A stretch of 64,000 nucleotides of DNA from the human T2T-CHM13v2.0 reference genome, Homo sapiens. The translations under genes were made by a program, and so were the position numbers. The notes beneath the pieces were generated by a model. That model had not been told where the DNA came from. It ran no database searches and was given only the letters and a program-made list of their open reading frames with translations. This document shows, in pieces, positions 14,561 through 27,932 of the stretch; positions within the stretch are counted from its first letter, which is position 1; each line of letters starts with the position of its first letter. The stretch lies in assembly GCF_009914755.1 (NCBI RefSeq), contig NC_060925.1. One strand, written 5' to 3'.

Positions 14561-17121
14561 AAACCTCTTCCTGGGTATCTGGCTCATAGTAAGGTTTCAG
14601 GTGTCTTGATGGTATCCAGATAGGCTGCTGGTTTTGGCCTGGAGAAACACAAGCATAACCTCTACCCCAACTTATTATTTTACCTGTTTCCCAACTTTTT
14701 GTTGTCGGATCTCTCCACCAAACCAGTTGTTTTGCTTCTGTCTTTGCAGCTGGTTTCTGTAGATGCTGTTTAGCTGCTGATAACATCTGGGCTTTAGGCA
14801 GGCTCAAAAAATTTAAAGTCAGTAATGCTAGATTCAGTTGCATATGTGGTGTCCCGTAGTTCCTGTTTCCCCCCTTTTGCTTTTGCAACTGCTGTTTCAG
14901 TTAGAGATTCATTCTTTCCACTATGGCTTGTCCTTGAGAATTACATGGGATACCAGTAATGTGTTTAATATTCCATAGAGAGAAAAATGTAGCTAGAGCT
15001 TGGCTAGTATAGCCTGGGGCATTGTCCCTTTTAATAGAAACTGGAATGCCCATCACTGCAAAACACTGCAAAAGGTGACATTTAACACAAGCAGAAGACT
15101 CTCCTGATTGGCATGTAGCCCAGACAAAGTGAGAAAATGTATCTACACATACGTGCACATAAGCTAGTCTCCCAAACGAGGGAATATGGGTGGTGACATC
15201 CATTTGCCAAAGAGAATTAGGTTCCAATCCTCGAGGATTAACTCCTCCTGTAAAAGATGAGGAATGCACCATTTGGCAAGTTGGGCATCACTTGGTAATA
15301 GCTTTAGCTTCTTTCCAGGTAATGCTGTATCTGCATTTGAGACCAGAGGCATTAACATGGGTTAAATTGTAAAAGTGTCTGGCATTAGATATTGCAGTAG
15401 CAACTAGGCAATCAGCCATTTGATTCCCTGCAGTCAAAGGTCCTGGAAGAGGTATATGAGCCCTAATGTGAGTTGATGTAAATAGGGTGCATTCTACTCC
15501 TAACTGCTGTTTGCAATTGGGTAAGTAAAGTCGTCAGCTGCTCATCTGTTTGGAATCGTAGCTGAGCATTTTCAACTAACTGTGTAGAATGAACCACATA
15601 TGAAGAATCAGAAATCACATTAATAGGCATATCAAAAGCAGTCAATACCTCAATTACAGCTACAAGTTTTGCTTTTTGAGCTGAAGTATAGGGCGTCTGG
15701 AAAACTTTACCTTTCAAGCCAGAATAAGAAGCTTTACCATTACTAGACCCATCTGTGAAGACATTTTCAGCACCTTCAATTGGTTTAAATTTAGTTGTTT
15801 TAGGGAGAATCTAATTAGTTATTTTCAAAAATTGAAACAGTTTTCGTTTTAGGAAAATGGTTATAGAGAATACCTACAAAGTCAGCTAAGTGAGTTTGCC
15901 AAGTAAGACTATTTGTAAAAGCCTGTTGTATTTCTGCCTTTGTAAGAGGGACAATAATTTTTCCAGGATCATATCCATGTAATTTAACAATCTTAGTTCT
16001 CCCATTTCCTAGCATAGTAGCAATTTGATCCAAATAAGCAGTCAAAGTCCGTGAATTAGTTTGTGGAAGAAAAAGCCACTTTACAAGATGTTGCTCTTGA
16101 ACAATAACACCAGTAGGTGAATGCTGAGTTGAAAAAATTAGCAAATCTAGAGTCTTCTCTGGATCTATTCTATTTATTTGAGCCTTATACGCTTGCTTCT
16201 CAATTAGCTGTAACTCTGCCTCAGCCTCCTTTGTTAATTGCTGAGGGTTAGTGAGACTAGGATCTCCTCAAAGGATAGAAAATAGATTACTCATGGCATA
16301 GGTAGGAATGCCTAGAGCAGGTCATGTCCAATTAATGTCCCCTAGTAATTTTTGAAAGTCATTTAATGTTTTCAATTGATCGCTATGTATGGTTACTTTC
16401 TGTGGCACAATGGTAGTGTCATTTACTAAGGTCCCCAAGTAGGGGTAAAGAGTAGTAGTCTGAATTTTGTCAGGAGCTATAATTAAACCAGCATGAAAAA
16501 TCGAATTTTGCAAGTGATCATAACATTGAAGTAATATTTCTCGAGTGGGGGCAGCACAAAGTATATCATCCATATAATGAATAATGTAACACTGGGAAAA
16601 TTTTTTACGAGTAGGTTCAATTGCTTGCCTTACATAAGTCTGGCAAATTGTTGGACTGTTTAACATGCCTTGTGGCAACACTTTCCTATAAAAACACTTA
16701 GCAGGCTACAGGTTGTTTACCGCAGGAATTGTAAATGCAAACTGTTCACAGTCCTGCTCAGCTGAGGGGATAGTAAAGAAACAGTCTTTTAAATCTATGA
16801 CTATTAAAGGTGAATTTTTTGGAATCATAGCAGGAGAAGGCAATCCTGGCTGTAATGCCCCCATAGGTTGTATAACTGAATTAATGGCCCTAAGATCTGT
16901 CAACATTCTCCATTTACCTCATTTTTTCTTAATAACAAAGACTGGAGAATTCTGGAGGAAAATGTTGGAGCTATGTGTCCTTTTTCTAATTGTTCAGTTA
17001 CTAAGTCCTCTAAAGCCTCCAGTTTCTCTTTACTTAGCAGCCATTGTTCTATCCAAATTGGCTTATCTGTTAACCATTTTAAACATATAGGTTCTGGAAG
17101 CTTAACAATGGCCACCATCAA
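14382..17121 (-). pseudogene. HML-3 pol (RT, RNase H, integrase), multiply frameshifted
   Basis: [27 protein letters not shown]; RNase H ISDSSYVV; integrase WQMDVT, DNAPGY, GQAIVER; split over about 8 short ORFs. Confidence 0.93.
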
Positions 17122-17990
17122 AAATGATACCCTAAACCTTGGCAGGAACTTTGTCTTTCTACTTGAAGTGGTTCCTTCAAACCTTGCAGATTTTTTCCTA
17201 GTCCCATACCAGGGACATACCCCATTTCCTGCATCATATGTTGACTTTGAGGGCTATATAATTGTTCTGGAATTAGAACTTGTGCTCCCCATTGCTGTAA
17301 TAAATCTCTCCCCAATAAATTTATAGGTACAGAAGTTATAACTGGTTGGATAGTCCCAGGTTGTCCATTGGGCCCTTCACAATGCAAAATATAACTACTT
17401 TGATATACTTCAGAGGCTTTACCAACTCCAACTATGTTAAATTGAGCAGATTGAATTGGCCACGTGGACGGCCAGTGCTGTAGAGAAATGATTGAAATGT
17501 CCATTCCTGTATCTACCAAACCTTTAAATTCTTTACCCTGAATAGTTATTTCACAGGTAGGACATTTATCAGTAATTTGATTCACCCAATAAGTTGCTTT
17601 GCCTTATTTGTGCTTCCAAATCCTCCTGTTCGTGTAGTTTCACTTTTCCCCATCTCCATATATGACACAATCAGGAGCTATGCTATATGCTCTCCTGGCT
17701 CTGCTTTCCAGGGAACAGAAGTAGATATAACAATTTGAATTTCCCCATTGTAATCTGAATCTATGACTTCTGTACGTACTTGCACTCCTTTTAAATTTAA
17801 ACTAGACATACCTAGAAGTAATCCTACCATCCTCACTGGCAAGGGTTGACAGATTCCTGTTGGCACTTTTTGTGGGGGTTCCCCAGGCAGAAGGCTCACA
17901 GCTTTTGGGCAGCATAAATCTACTGCAGCACTACCGGCTGTGGCGGGGGACAGGCATTGTACAGGGGTGAGGGAATGGCCTGAGCCAGAA
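17118..17990 (-). pseudogene. HML-3 pro (dUTPase + aspartic protease + G-patch), disrupted
   Basis: SAAVDL and VIDSDYNGEI dUTPase motifs; GLVDTG protease motif; [20 protein letters not shown]-patch; stop and frameshift between domains. Confidence 0.9.
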
Positions 17991-17992
17991 AT

Positions 17993-18010
17993 GCCCCGGT
18001 TTGGGCGCTA
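17993..18010 (-). other. Primer-binding-site remnant (tRNA-Lys1,2 type)
   Basis: TAGCGCCCAAACCGGGGC versus TGGCGCCCAACGTGGGGC, 14/18, 2 nt downstream of the 5' LTR. Confidence 0.75.
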
Positions 18011-18012
18011 CT

Positions 18013-18481
18013 TGCCGAGACCAGGTCGGTCATGGAGACCCTAACCCAGTGGCGCTAGAGGAATTAAAGACACACAGAAATATAGAGTGCAGAGTGGGAA
18101 TCAGGGCTGACAGCCTTCAGAGCTGAGAGCCACAAACAAAGCTTTACCCACATATTTATTGACAGTAAGCCAGTCATAAGCATTGTTTTTATAGATTTAG
18201 ATTAAAACGGGAAACAAAGAGATGGGCTCTGGCTGGTTATCTGCAGCAGGAACATGTCCTTAAGGCACAGATCACTCATACTATTGTTTGTGGTTCAGGA
18301 ACACCTTAAGCGGTTTTCCACACTGGGTGAGCCAAGTGTTCCTTGCCGTCATTCCGGTAAACCAACAACCTTCAGCATGGGCGTCGTAGCCATCATGAGC
18401 ATGTCACAGTGCTGCAGAGATTTTGTTTATGGCCATTTTGGGGGCCTGTCTATGGCCAGATTTGGGGGCCTATCCTCAACA
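18013..18481 (-). repeat. 5' LTR (MER9)
   Basis: About 90% identical by eye to 12769-13248; followed on the minus strand by a tRNA-Lys PBS remnant. Confidence 0.92.
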
Positions 18482-18981
18482 CGTTCTTGTCTTCCCAATT
18501 CCTATGCCTGTGCCTGAAAGCACTTAGTAAATACTTGTGGAATCCATTAATGATTGAAATCAGTGACTTGGCAAAACACTTTAAACTAGAATGAAAGAAA
18601 GACAGTTATAGAAGTAAAGAAACAGTATGGTAAGATAGGATCATGTAGGATAGGCTAGACAGATAAGTTTAGTGAAATGGTAAAACTTTAATAGAGCTAC
18701 ACAAAGATTTAAGCTTTTACAACCAAGAAATTCAGGATTGGATTTTGTAATAGATTTAGTTTTAAAGAATGCCAGATTGTTAGAGTGAACAGTAGATGAG
18801 CTATGTATATAGCTGTAAAAATGTAATATAGCACAGGTTAAAAGAGACCAGAAACATGTCATTTCAAACCGCTTTCTGGTGGAGTAGCTTTCTCAGTGAG
18901 CCACCACTTAAATGACTTGATGAGATTAACTGACAGCCCATTCCTGTTTGATGCACTATCTGATTCCCTATAGCATGCTGA

Positions 18982-19395
<414 letters not shown>

Positions 19396-21002
19396 TAATT
19401 ACACAATTTAAATAACTATATAAACCAAGGAAAAGAATAGAAAAAGAAAGATGATGTTTCTGTGAAAATTAAGTTAAATGCTTTGGAAAGATTTGATAAA
19501 GGGTAATTACTAAAAAATACTGAATTAGATGTGTGCAAGAGAGCTATAAAATAGTAGGGATAAATTATTCTAAAAAAATAGAAAAGCATTATGGACTCAG
19601 ATTGCCTCATGTGTCATATAATTCTTGCCCCACTTTTAAAGCAGTGTTTTTTAATCTATGAGACATGAAGTCAATTTAATAGGTTGAAGTCTAGAACACA
19701 TCGCAATACATTTATACCTGGAAAGAAGCATTGTTCTATGGAACTTTTCTTGAGTTTTTAGTATTTAGTCTATACATATATGTACAATGTAAAATGTGAC
19801 TTTCAGTGAAAAACGTAAAAATCTTTTGAGTTTTTTATCCAAAAGGCTTTGGCCCAAAAAAATTGGTGAATGAATGTGTATTTATATGCTTTGGGTTAAA
19901 ATACAATCATTATGTACTTGTGTTTATGATACTTAGGTTGACCATTTTGTTCAGCCAACCAACTACTGATCTCAGTCTCATGGGATAAGAATTTTTACAT
20001 ATTTTATTTTACTTGTCTTCCTCTCATGCCCTCCATATTGTGCCTGAGTCCCCAACCCCCACCATACCTCGGCTCTCTGTTTAGTAGCTATGTGACCCTA
20101 AGGGTCATTAACTAGGCCTCAGTTTACTTTTTATGAAGTAAGATTATCCTTCAGATTGCTTGTTATTTGGCAGTGCTTAATAGCCACGTTGATAAAGTAC
20201 ATGTCTTTCATGGTATCTGCCCATCTAGATTTTTAGTAAATGATAGACATTCCGTTAAGTTATTCTAAAAGATTTTTGGTGGGGGGAGGGGACACTGAGA
20301 GCCCCATAATGCAACCTTAGAGGGTATCATTTACATAGTCTGTGATGTAGTTGACAAGAATGGTGGCAGTGCCAATACCTATCACTTGATTCTGAGTCTC
20401 AAATTTTCAAGTCCTGGAATGTTGTTTCATATTTGGTGGGCATTAGTAAAATTATTTTAGTTTGTATGTGTGTGATGGGTTTGTTGGACTTTTTTTGTAA
20501 ATAATTATTGATAATGCTTGAGGTACTAAGTATTTTTATTACAGAGAATTGAAATATCATTAAGTGTTTTCTGTAAGTAAGTTAATAGGACACTAAATTA
20601 TTGGTAGATTGGAAAAGAGATGAAGGTTGGAAAGGATATTGGTGTACTGTTGAGATTGGCTGGGGTGAAACCAGTGGTGCTAAAAGATGCAGACACCCCC
20701 CATGATATAGAAAGGAGGTAACAGGCAATAATTGTTGAGTCAGACATTTCTGCTTGTTCAACTAGTTATATGGTCAGTACAGAATAGAGGGTACAAATGG
20801 CTATTCATATAGAACATGACCAGGCTGGATGTTAATGATTTAGTAAGGTAGAATATAGGCCGATCTCAGTTCACTCTCACATAAAAGGTGTGTTTTAAAA
20901 CACTAGTTTGTGATTTAGTTGTCATTGCCCTCAATTTCATTTCTAATGATACCTACACTGGCCCATAAGATCATGAATATAAAAATATTTTAATACTAGT
21001 AG

Positions 21003-21353
<351 letters not shown>

Positions 21354-23169
21354 TTAGAAAATAAAAAAAGGCTACATTTTAGGCGTAATTGTGAAATACA
21401 TGAGTTTGAATTTGCCCTTTCAGCTCCTTTTTATACTTCCATATGTTACTACTATTTCCTATTATTACTACCTTCTATGAACCCTTTGCCCACATTACCC
21501 CACCCCCAATCCAGGTCCTCTAAACATCAGTTATTTTATCATTTATTGGCCTCTTCTCTAGTAGAAACAACCATTGCCTTACAATCAACTCCTCAACTAG
21601 GTGTTAAATGAAAGCAGTGGGATTGGATTAATTCATGCTCAAGTGTGAATGACTGACAATCCCACAAACCTCTCAAAAATGATTTTCCTTTGTACAACGG
21701 GTGTTCTTTCTAGGTTAAGTTTTAGTCTAATTGATTCTTTGCTATTATTTCAGACAGATGACCAAGTGAAATGGACATTTGAACTTTGTGGGAAAAGCTG
21801 TCATTTTCTTCTTTTGGACATAAATGTGCCATGGTTGGGGAGTACAGGCAAGAGACGGTGACAGTCCCTCTCCCAATCCATCTGTAGAGGCTTGGACAAA
21901 CTCCTGGTATTTAAACTTCCCCTCTAAAATTAGTAGGGTACCTAGGTCAAGGGTGGTAGAAAGGGACTTTTCTTGCCTTTCCTTCCCACTGTAGCAATGT
22001 GAGCTTTTTTTTCTGGGTGAGCTTTGCAGTAGAGGGGAAGCGGGGGGTCCCACTCTAGATAGTAGCCTGTGTGGGCTGGTAAACTATAGCCTCCCTGCTA
22101 CAGGTCTTGTGGGACTCCCTTAGCCTGAGGAGGAGGCTCTTTCACTAGGAAGGTGCTGCTCCTGTTGGGTACAGACACACTCCTTTGTTAGCAATGATTG
22201 TCTGGCTGCAAGTCATCCTTAGCTAATATATGAAAGACCACACTCACAGTAGAAAGGTAGTTTAGAGATGTTATTACATAAAGTAGAAAAGGGCAGATGG
22301 TAAGTTGCAGAAATATCCCATAATAAATGCAAATAATAAATTTTAAATTTCGTAAAGGCGGAAGAGGAGGGAAATAAACATTTATTGATATCTACTGTAA
22401 TCTAGTCACATTCATCATTGCTTTTCATCTTTTCTCACCAAGGAGAATTTGTATAATCCAACATATTCTACCTTAAAAACTCATTTGAAATTTGTGTTCT
22501 CTTCTATAATGTATTCTTATTTTAATACAAAGTGGTGTGAAATATTAAATAAGATTGATGCTTTCAAAAGATGGACATGTTTATCCAGTGACTTGATGTC
22601 TGCCCTGGCACAACTGCATCACATTCCTCCAGTCCACGCTCTTGTCTGAGAAGCATGAAAGCATTTATCTCACAATAACCTCATGAAAGGGATATCATCA
22701 TTTTATAGGTGATAAAATTAAGGCTCGAAGAAGGAAGGAACTTAAACAGGTATTACAGGTATTAAATGGCTGTGTTAAGTTTCTCCCCCAAAGTCTCTCC
22801 TCATAAGCATTTTGTGATTCAGTAAAACAGAAAAACTGGTAATGCAGAGTGCTGATCCAAAAGTTTAAGGTTTTTGGTCCTCTACTGACTTGCAAGGGAA
22901 TCTTTTTAAAGGCCCCTTGTTAAAATCTGTCTTTCATTTCCTGAAGACTAGTTCTAAATAAAAACAGTTATTAATGGGCTGACACCTTTCAGAACTCTCC
23001 TCAAATCTAGTGCACTCTTCTGTGTATCTGTACACACCTGACTTTTAAACACAATGTCTTTGCTGCCGTTTACTGGTTTCTTCACTACACGGAAAACAAA
23101 CCATTCAGTCTGCTGCTTTACCACCTCTCAGCAATTCCCTACGTGTTTAACTCATCCATAATGCATAGG

Positions 23170-23290
23170 AATAGCCAAGAGCACAGATTCTGATATCAGA
23201 AAATTCTAGTTTTAAATCCTGATTCCGAATTACTAGTGTGACATTGGATAAAGTGTTTTAGTTCTCTGTGCCTCAGTTTCCTTACTTTAA
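23170..23290 (+). mobile_element. MIR fragment
   Basis: ttaaatcct...ttactagtgtgacattggataaagtg...ctctgtgcctcagtttcc. Confidence 0.65.
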
Positions 23291-24099
23291 TAATATATAA
23301 GGAAAGAAAGGGGTAATAATGCTTATTACTCCATGGAGATTTTATAAATCTCCTGAATTGTCTGTGATGATTAGGCTGTTGTCATTGTAATGCCTAAAAA
23401 ATTTTGGGTTGATGACTTACCTTGTAAATATACTTTAAATTGAATAAACATATAGTTTAGTAAGGATTATATATATGTATGTATGTTCATTAAGTGAAAT
23501 ATACTTGAGAATACCAAGTAATTCCACAATTTACATGGCCCACCCTTTGACAATAGAGATTCTAAGTAACAAACTGTCTTCTTTCTACTTGAGATTTATT
23601 TTCATGGGGGAAGGATACTGCATAATATGTAGCATTCAACTAATCTATTCTGTTAATTTGGTAGTATAAAAAGATTTGTAGATAATGAATTTCTATACTC
23701 TTTAAGATACTTTATACACCTTGCACTGCTTCTGGGTTTACTGTTGCCTCGTTTTAAAGTGGGACTTTCTCTTGACGGAAGTGTGTTAAGAATTGGAAAA
23801 TTCCCTATCAGTAGACTAGCACCATCTTGACAGCCTTGTGTTCTGCTTCTACCTTGCTAATTGTTTCCTTGGGATTATTTGGATTGTGTAGAAAGCTTTT
23901 TGCAAATCCTCTTATTACTGAAGTCATTGTTGCCAGCAGGAATAAGATTAAAGGTGCTTAAGTCTGTAGGGTTGTTTCTAATTTGTACGTGTCATTTCAG
24001 TGGCATTTTAACAGAACTCTGTCTCCTGTACCTCCCTTCTCCCTTGGTACTATCTCCAGTTAGGTCCAAGAAGCCAGGCCATTGGAAGAAGTCTCATTT

Positions 24100-24900
24100 T
24101 ATCCTCCTAATTATTATGCTGGCACTCAGGAGATAATTTTTCCCTTCATGCACTGCCAATTAATATGCAAATAGCCTGATAAATATTTATGCAACGATTT
24201 AAATTATGCAGGGAGTGCTTTCAGTATATTCTGTAAATGAATTGTTCATGGACTTCAAAGTGCTGGCTGCTGTGCTAACGAGGAGAGATTTGCATAAGGC
24301 CCTAATCACGCGCATACTGATTAAGCTTCATTATGGAAACTGCCAGCTGCAATCTTTGTTTCTATTTTATTACAAAAAGAGGAACTTTTTCATGCTTCAG
24401 TTGCCTTGACAATGTCAGTCCTAGCTGGTAGGAGAGACTAAAACTCCTCTGAGCAACTGAAGTTTCCTTATTCAGTTGAAGATTGCTATGGTGTAACAGA
24501 AGTTGTATTTTGCTTTTCCCCTTAATCCACTTTCCACCCTACGCAACCCCCCTCTTTTCGCTTAAGAACATACTGTAGATTTGTTAGAAATAGTAGTACC
24601 TTCTTTCCCCACCCCAAACTGCTACCTGTTTCTTCCTTGTTTGGACTCTCTGCTCCTCTAGAAGATTTCACAGCAATGCTGGACTGCAGTGACTATGTTC
24701 TAGGTGGGTACCAGCACAGTTCTTTTCTTAGAAGCTTTAATATGGAAATAGAGTGTGTCGGGTTGACTATGCATAAATGCTTAATCGCATATGCAGCCTG
24801 TGGCGGGGGAGGGGGAGAGTTGGACTGAGCAGGGAAGGAGGAAAGCATTTGCAAAGCACAAGCTTACTTGAATTTGCAGTAGGTCCCTCCCTGTGACTAG
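24100..24900 (+). promoter_or_regulatory. Alternative (L) promoter region with octamer sites
   Basis: Perfect octamers ATGCAAAT 24165-24172 and ATTTGCAT 24288-24295 plus near-matches flanking exon 1L; repeat-free context. Confidence 0.7.
24676..24703 (+). CDS. POU2F1: POU2F1 alternative first coding exon 1L (Oct-1L, MLDCSDYVL)
   Basis: ATG CTG GAC TGC AGT GAC TAT GTT CTA G|gtgggt; phase-1 donor joins exon 2 (G+AC=Asp); matches the known Oct-1L N-terminus. Confidence 0.92.
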
Positions 24901-27866
24901 CTCTTCTGATTCAGAGGGTATCGTTAGTAAATACAGTTAATTTAGAGTTCAGCTCGAATGAATATTTTTGCTTTTTGGAAATTCCTATTGAGAACATTTC
25001 ATGTAGTTATAAAAACATCTTAAATCTGAAACAAGGCATAGAACTGTACATATATAATATATACATATTAATAAAAATGTTTTTCATACCTAATGAGAAC
25101 GTCTTATACAAAAACCAAAATGCTCAGTGAAAAATAAGGTTGAGTCACAATGCAGAATAGTTTTTATAAATGTTAATAAAGAGGGTAATTGTACTGGTTG
25201 CTGCAACAGATCTGTTGATCGATTTCCAGATTTTAGAAACTATTAACTTTTCAAATTTTTGCTAGGATTAGTCCTCTTTTTAATTTTTTTAAAATCAACT
25301 ATATACTCTAGATAACTACAACTTTAAATGTTGGAAAACCTTTTTAGAGTTTTCTCTGTAGAACAGCAAGCCTTTTGGAGTGGAAGATGTCCAGCTTAAA
25401 TTTGTTAAAACCATCTTTGGTGATGAAGATTTCAAATAAATCAAGGCACTTTGATTTTTAGATATATGGTGGCTAATGGTGGTCATATTTTGTGTGGAGT
25501 TATGTCTGTTTATATGCAGAATTATTGAGACTTTTTTAGTTACTCTAGTCACCTGGAAAGTTAAATGATATGAACTCCGGGACTTGGATATCTTACATTT
25601 AAAACTTTTGCAAATGACTTTTTTCCTATATTGTCATTTTCTGCACTTGAAAATTAAAGCTGCTCCTGTCACCTTCATAGTTGCCAAAGATAAAGTAAAA
25701 TGATACTTCTGAAAACGTTTGAATTCTTATGCATAAGGCATGGCCTAAACCCAGGGTAGCAGTATCTGCCCAGCACAGTAAAAGCCACTATGTAAAGAGT
25801 GAATGACAGAAACAACAAATTTATGTCAGGAATTCAATCTTGTATTTACTCTTTGACATTTACTTAGTTAACAATTCAAAAAAAGGAAAGAAAAATACCT
25901 TTTTGGAATATTTTTAACACATCATTTTAGAAGTAGAAATTACATCTCTTACTTTCAGTTAATAGTAAGTATTATTTAAACAGTCTTCCCATTGTGCAAT
26001 TTTATTTTTGTGTGTATGTGAAGTAATGTTTTATTTTTGTGTGTATGTGAGATAATTTTGTTAAATGCTTTTGAAGCTCTTGACAGTTCAGTAGAAGAAT
26101 CTGAGATGATTCACTTAAAATACCTGTGACATAGTCTTTATAGATGGGAAAATTAGAATATGAATTGTACAAAGTCAGGCTCATGACTTGTTAAGAATTA
26201 TGCTTATTTCTGCGGTGCCCACATATGTGAGAAAACTGTTACTCTTTTTATGAATGTTAACTGATTGATCATTTTTTCCACTTTCCTTTAAAATTCATTT
26301 AAAGGAAGCATGGAGCAGTATGTATGCTAATGGTATATTCTATTACATTTGTTGTGATCTCTGTTGACTTTCATGAGATTTTGGTTGTCATTCAGAAAGC
26401 TGATTTTTCACTAAGTTGTACACCTGTTCCTTTCAAACCTTAGTATGCTTTCAGATGATATTTAAATTTCTCTGGACAGTGAGAAGAAGGAAGTTGTAGA
26501 ACTGCCCTCATTTATGACCACAAACATATGAATTTTAACCCTTTGAACATTAGAAGACCAAACCAAAGTTATGACAGAACTGCCTAAGCCCATAAGACAA
26601 GCATCAGTTACAGAAACTTTTACTGTATTGGAAAAGCTATTACACATCTTCTTGTTGGAAATGAAACTTATAAAAGAAAGACTCCTGATTTTTTTTCTCA
26701 TCTGTTATGCATGGGGATAATTCGACTGTAAAGAACATGGTTGAGAATTCTGTCTAGTGATTGTTTTGATTTTCTAGTTAGATGTTTAAGCAGATGAAAA
26801 AATGTGCTCTTTGGTCAAAAACAGTATAGTTTAAATATTTGTTCTCTGTTAATAACTAAAGTTAAATGGTTCTTAACTTATTTAACCACTAAATAAGTTA
26901 ATGTGGGTAAAGGCAGAACTTATTTGACAGTAAACTTGTTTGATCATAAATATTCTAAGTTTGAGTTTACAGTAGTAGAATAAGAGATATATTTATGTAT
27001 ATTCCGTTTCTTACCCTTTCAAAGACTTAGAAGAAAAGCAGAGTTCTTGTCTCTTCTCTTAATGTATTTTCTGGGATACCTAATATTGCTTGATGAAAAC
27101 ATTTTACTGTGGAAATAAACCTTCATTAAGTAGATAACCCAGAAATGATAAACTCAAATTAGCAGTTTCATTTAGGATATTGAGGTAGTATTACTTTAAG
27201 TGGGTGTGGTTGTAATGCAGTTTTGAAATTATTAGCTATATCTGTTATGCCTTACGGTACAACTTCTTGTGCTGGTTTATAGTTGAGGTATGAATTTAAT
27301 ATGTTCTCACTTTGACTTGTTTAGTTTGGTTGGGGAGGGGAGTAAATTTAGAGATAATTTACCTTAGACGTGTTTTCTTTTAGTTCATAGGTTGAGTTAC
27401 TGTCCCATCTTTTATCAAGATTACCAGTGGGTTGTTTTGGTTATAATGAATGAATATCATTGCATATAGAAAAAGATACTTTATTTGGGAATAACATTTT
27501 ATTATGTGAGGTGCTTCCCCCCTTTCCAGTTTTACTTCATGTTAAAAGCATTTATTCCTTTTACATATCAGGCTTTCTAATTTTCTTCAGGTTACAGTTC
27601 TGCTGTCTTTCTTTAAAGAATCTTAAAATTATTTAAAAAGACAGTTTATTTGTGAATCCCTTCAGGGTCTGGGGAATTTTGAATTTCTTCCAGATAACCT
27701 TTTATTATAATTTCTAGTATTTTAGCCAGACATGTATACACTGGGTCTTCTTAAACTATATGACTATAACATTAGTTAACCCTTTTCTCTGCCACAGTTT
27801 TGCCTCCTCAATCCCATCTCCATCCCCAGTTTTTTAAAAACCTTATTCTCCTCTGATTTATTGCAG

Positions 27867-27932
27867 ACTCAAGAATGAACAATCCGTCAGAAACCAGTAA
27901 ACCATCTATGGAGAGTGGAGATGGCAACACAG
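27867..27932 (+). CDS. POU2F1: POU2F1 exon 2 (66 nt; DSRMNNPSETSKPSMESGDGNT-G; internal ATG at 27875)
   Basis: Acceptor ctctgatttattgcag|ACTC, donor ACAG|gtaaga; phase 1/1; encodes the classical Oct-1 start MNNPSETSK. Confidence 0.97.

Larger units (their letters stand above)
12769..18481 (-). mobile_element. HERV-K(HML-3)/HERVK9 provirus, gag-deleted, two MER9 LTRs, antisense to POU2F1
   Basis: Direct-repeat LTRs with TG...CA ends, PBS remnant, PPT, dUTPase/PR/RT/RH/IN/env remnants; degenerate 6-bp TSD tgtcct/cgttct. Confidence 0.93.

Noticed and set aside
14382-17899. Retroviral RT/IN/PR ORFs as a functional enzyme system
   Set aside because: pol is broken into about 8 pieces by stops and frameshifts, and gag and the leader are missing
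13021-18517. Two similar + strand ORFs (MSLRHRLL... 161 aa and MSLRHRSL... 87 aa) that look like a duplicated gene
   Set aside because: Both are the antisense reading of the two MER9 LTRs
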